The notes under the pieces: generated by a model | The model's database searches: none | What the model saw: only the letters and a program-made list of their open reading frames with translations | Told to the model about the DNA's origin: nothing | Translations under genes and position numbers: made by a program | NCBI GenBank assembly: GCA_051294375.1 | Contig: JBJCIZ010000409.1 | Coordinates: 10,572 to 21,680 of the forward strand | DNA: 11,109 nucleotides | Direction of reading: 5' to 3' | From: Paraspadella gotoi | Lineage: Eukaryota > Animalia > Chaetognatha | In this document: piece after piece, positions 7,972-11,109 of the stretch | Numbering within the stretch: position 1 is the stretch's first letter | Layout: each line of letters starts with the position of its first letter

Positions 7972-9335
7972 TTCATGGCATCGCAGGAAGGACAAGCTTG
8001 GATGCATCTCGGTCGAAGAACAGTTCCTTTTATGCCGTACGCGACTCGGACACGGCGCACCATGAGTGCCATCCCCGAGCGGCTTCCTCTATAATCGGCA
8101 AGGGACCCAATTGGGACGAGTAGACTTGTCTGTTCGCGATGATAACGATGTCGCTTTCTGAGATTGCGTTGTGTACTTTGTTCCACTTCTGGGCGCTGTT
8201 GCCAACTCGGCATATACTCATAACGCCACCTCTTCAAAAACTCATCAGCAAGGGCACGTTACAGCTTGCTGCCATGCAGTGCTGGAGCGCACTGTCCATC
8301 AGGACATCGGAGGACCAGTCAGGTGCGCACCAAGGGCAGGAAGACCCGGGATACAGCAACATGGACGGGGAAAGCGCGGGCTTGATCCTTCGCGCTCTCA
8401 GGATTCCTCGTCAATAGACGATCATTTTTACAATGTTCTCCACTGAGCAAAGAGGCGGTACCAAACACGACGTCAGAGACGTCTTTTCCTCTGAATTAAG
8501 GACTAAATAACTCTTTCTTCGTAATCTTGACGAGAGGATTCCCAGGCAACCTCCCCAATGAGGGCTCTCAGAGATGAAGAGCCACTTGCATTACGATATG
8601 CTGAAACTGTCATTCGGCCTCTTGCGTTTCCACTTGTGTAGAGCCATCATCCAACTTTCTTTGCGTTGCCACCACAAAAGTTGCGTGCCATTGTCGCTCA
8701 AAGAACCTTGACACCAGGGCGTCATGCGCACGAAACGTTCAAAGCATTCAAAAAACTCAGGAGTTGATATATCCCTCAGAGTTCCAAAATGGATAGCACG
8801 CAATCTTGGAGACAATGTAAAAAGGGCCACCCAACGCTTCGGAGTATGATCGTCTGACTTCACATAGAAGCGGGACCAAACAAATCCACTCCAGTACCTC
8901 CAAAAGGATAAACAATGCCAAACACGCAGCACTAGGTAAAGGAGCATTCTTCTGCTGCGCAAAGTTTTCCCATGAGCCCGCTTACAAGCGGTTGCAGCGT
9001 CGAATTACATCTACTGAACAGATAGCACGACTCTGATGATCCAAAACTTGCGCCGCAACTTTGCCAGAATCTGGTAACAGGCCCGGTATGCGCATCTCTG
9101 CAGTGGCGCCAATGGATGCATCATCTTGGTGCATACGAGCAAGAGGGCAGCGCAAAAATGATCGGATGCTTCGCAATCATACTCTTCTCCAACAAGGCGC
9201 TGAAGGCGGCCACCAACTCTCAGGAGACCATCACTTCAATGAACGGGTCTAGGCGGCGATAGGGAAAGACTTTTGACTTCAGAGCGCTGAGAAAAAACTG
9301 AAGGCGATGCTGGTCTGAAGGATAGCAATCCTGGA
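7972..9335 (-). mobile_element. BEL/Pao integrase region, frameshifted; copy 2
   Basis: Same motifs as copy 1 with different indels: KRWRYEYM..WQQR, HTPKRWVALFT..RLRAIH, EFFECFERFV, SDNGT, RRLDPFI, IRRCNR. Confidence 0.9.
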
Positions 9336-9359
9336 AGATGGGATATCTAGCTAAAGGTA

Positions 9360-10100
9360 GCGTCTAACTAGTCCTCTCATCGGGGAAAGAATGGTAAGTG
9401 GCGTTAGGGAATATATTGGGAATAGCGTTAAAATGGCTACACAAAGGGAACAAGCGGTACAATTAAAAGGGAGTGAAGGGAGAGGAAGTTTTGCCAAGAC
9501 CCCGAGACCGATGAAGGAGAAGTTGAGAGAGATCGTTCCAAATCTCAAGACTCTATCCGTGACTCCGGGGATGAAGAGGAGGGCGACGACGAACGGGAAG
9601 AGATTGAGGAGGCGTTGAGAGGGGAGAGAAGGCCCGGGGGGAGAGAGAGGTTCTGGCGGTAGGTGAGCACTCTATTCTTGTTGCCCTCTCTTGGTCGGAG
9701 ACCCGCCCACTTGCGGTCCTTGAATGTCACAGGTGGGTCGTCGCCATCATCTTGGTGTGGGCGTGGAGTTGTGGAGAGTAGCGGAAGAGTGCGGATGCCT
9801 GGCCGGGTCAGGGCGGACTGGTGGGGTGGACGTCCATTTTTGGGAGCGGGGGGATGTCGTCCTAAGTCCTCTAGAGTCGACGCTTTTCATTGGTTGGTTG
9901 GGACGGAGAGGTCAGAGATGGCGGAACCGGAAGCTTGCCCTGATTCTCGTGGATCGCACGGGTAATAACTGGTCGGAGGGTGGTAAGGCCGGAAGGTTAT
10001 TTGTTTCTCATCCTTTATGAAGTCTTCAGGGCGGGGTTGGCTTTTGGGCTCTAGGGATGGAGGGCGCTACTAATGCTCAAGGGGAGGGGAAGGCACACTA
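9360..10100 (-). pseudogene. GC-rich, Pro/Ser-rich interrupted reading frame of unknown origin; copy 2
   Basis: One minus frame from ~10099 reads SVPSPPLEH**RPPSLEPKSQPRPEDFIKDEKQITFRPYHPPTSYYPCDPRESGQASGSAISDLSVPTNQ*KASTLEDLGRHPPAPKNGRPPHQSALTRPGIRTLPLLSTTPRPHQDDGDDPPVTFKDRKWAGLRPREGNKNR...SSSPESRIES*. It has a sharp AT-rich boundary with a possible acceptor (ttaaaag) at ~10101. Confidence 0.3.
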
Positions 10101-10924
10101 CTTTTAATAAATCAATACTTGAATTTTTTTGTTTTTTTTTTGTTTTTTAGGAAAAAACTTAAATATAATATGGGTCTTACAAAGGACAATCGCGAACATG
10201 TACTAAAAACAAGTGTTATAAAAGGTGGCGTAAAAATCCAGCCAAATTTCTGCAGACAAGTTTAGCGGGAAAACATGACGGCAAAAGAAAAAAAAATAAT
10301 GTTAACTTTGAATCATTGATTGAATCATTACTGTGAGGAGATTAACAAATAAAACACACTACGAATTAATAAAACGCGTTTTAGGGAAAATTAATAATTG
10401 TTTTAAAAGTTTCAAAATTCGAAGTTTAGTGGGAAAAGATGACAAGGAAGAATAAATGTAGCAATGAATTATACTCTGAAACTAGCAATTAAAATGCTCT
10501 ACAAATGATAAAACACACAATCAAAATTTAAAACTAATAACAATTTACATTTGAGAAAAAAAAACATTTTATAAAAGCATTTTGAAATTCAAAATTCAAA
10601 TCCAGAAATTTAAAATTCTACTTTTCGGGAATTACAAAGGGAGAATAAATGAGGTAAGTTTACATAATAGCAAACTATGTCGGTAGCTGTAGCAGTGACT
10701 GAGTCGAGATAACAAAAAGAGGGGGAAAGATATATAAGATGGTATTTTTCAAAAGCACACAAATAGGGAGGCGATGTAAGGAGATGTATGAGATTTTGCA
10801 GGAAGACGGTTGTCGCTGGTTCCATGAAGGGAATTCTTTGTGGTGATTCATGATGAAGATGACGTGGACCGGGAGATTGTAAGAGTGACGGAGATTTCAC
10901 TGGAGAGTTGCCGATTTTTTGTTT

Positions 10925-11107
10925 TTATTTCAATGATTTGGGAGTCCGGGTGAAGGGGAGACGCGCAGGAGAGAGAGAGGGAATGAGAGAGTAGGGGGGA
11001 GGGGGGGCGTTGTCATCGCCATCGCCATCACGCTCGCTTTCGCTATCGCCATCGCCATCGCCATCTTCATCGCCATCGCCATCGCCGTTGCCATCGCATC
11101 CGAGTTC
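10925..11107 (-). CDS. Possible C-terminal end of a protein entering from the right edge: Asp/Gly repeat followed by a PPPPY motif
   Basis: Open to the window edge: ELGCDGNGDGDGDEDGDGDGDSESERDGDGDDNAPPPPYSLIPSLSPARLPFTRTPKSLK*. The TAA at 10927-10925 overlaps an AATAAA. Confidence 0.35.
   Translation of the reverse strand, partial: ELGCDGNGDGDGDEDGDGDGDSESERDGDGDDNAPPPPYSLIPSLSPARLPFTRTPKSLK
11015..11097. repeat. Degenerate (ATCGCC)n hexamer repeat
   Basis: Multiple atcgcc units with substitution variants that keep triplet periodicity. Confidence 0.9.
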
Positions 11108-11109
11108 CG

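Larger units (their letters stand above)
7972..10175. repeat. ~2.2 kb direct near-duplicate of 5755-7937 (probable false tandem duplication across the gap)
   Basis: Collinear from ttcatggca (5755 vs 7972) to tgggt (7937 vs 10175); differences are mostly 1-2 nt indels. Confidence 0.93.

Noticed and set aside
10610-10900. 96-aa minus-strand ORF
   Set aside because: Starts at GTG with no recognisable motif; may be an exon remnant but cannot be supported from sequence alone.

Overview
AT-rich, repeat-dominated eukaryotic (probably invertebrate animal) scaffold segment with two 25-N gaps and no intact host gene that I can name. (1) The 3' end of a minus-strand BEL/Pao LTR retrotransposon is present: integrase Zn-finger, DDE core, DUF5641-type tail, polypurine tract and a candidate ~730 bp 3' LTR ending in a (CT)n microsatellite. 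Gag, protease and RT are missing, and an unrelated Pro/Ser-rich segment sits in their place. (2) A ~2.2 kb near-duplicate of this region follows the second gap, and 1-237 is an exact copy of 2295-2531 before the first gap. Both duplications look like gap-filling artefacts. (3) A ~76-codon open fragment resembles the C-terminal part of a Polinton/Maverick (adintovirus-type) major capsid protein and is bracketed by inverted GATGCAAGTT-type motifs; this is the most interesting signal. (4) A fold-back, Helentron/DINE-1-like non-autonomous repeat lies next to a 196 bp pure-A/T tract. (5) There are possible degraded exons at 835-2055 and a minus-strand Asp/Gly-rich reading-frame end with a PPPPY motif at the window edge. 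All protein-family calls come from manual translation and remembered motifs; no database search was run.
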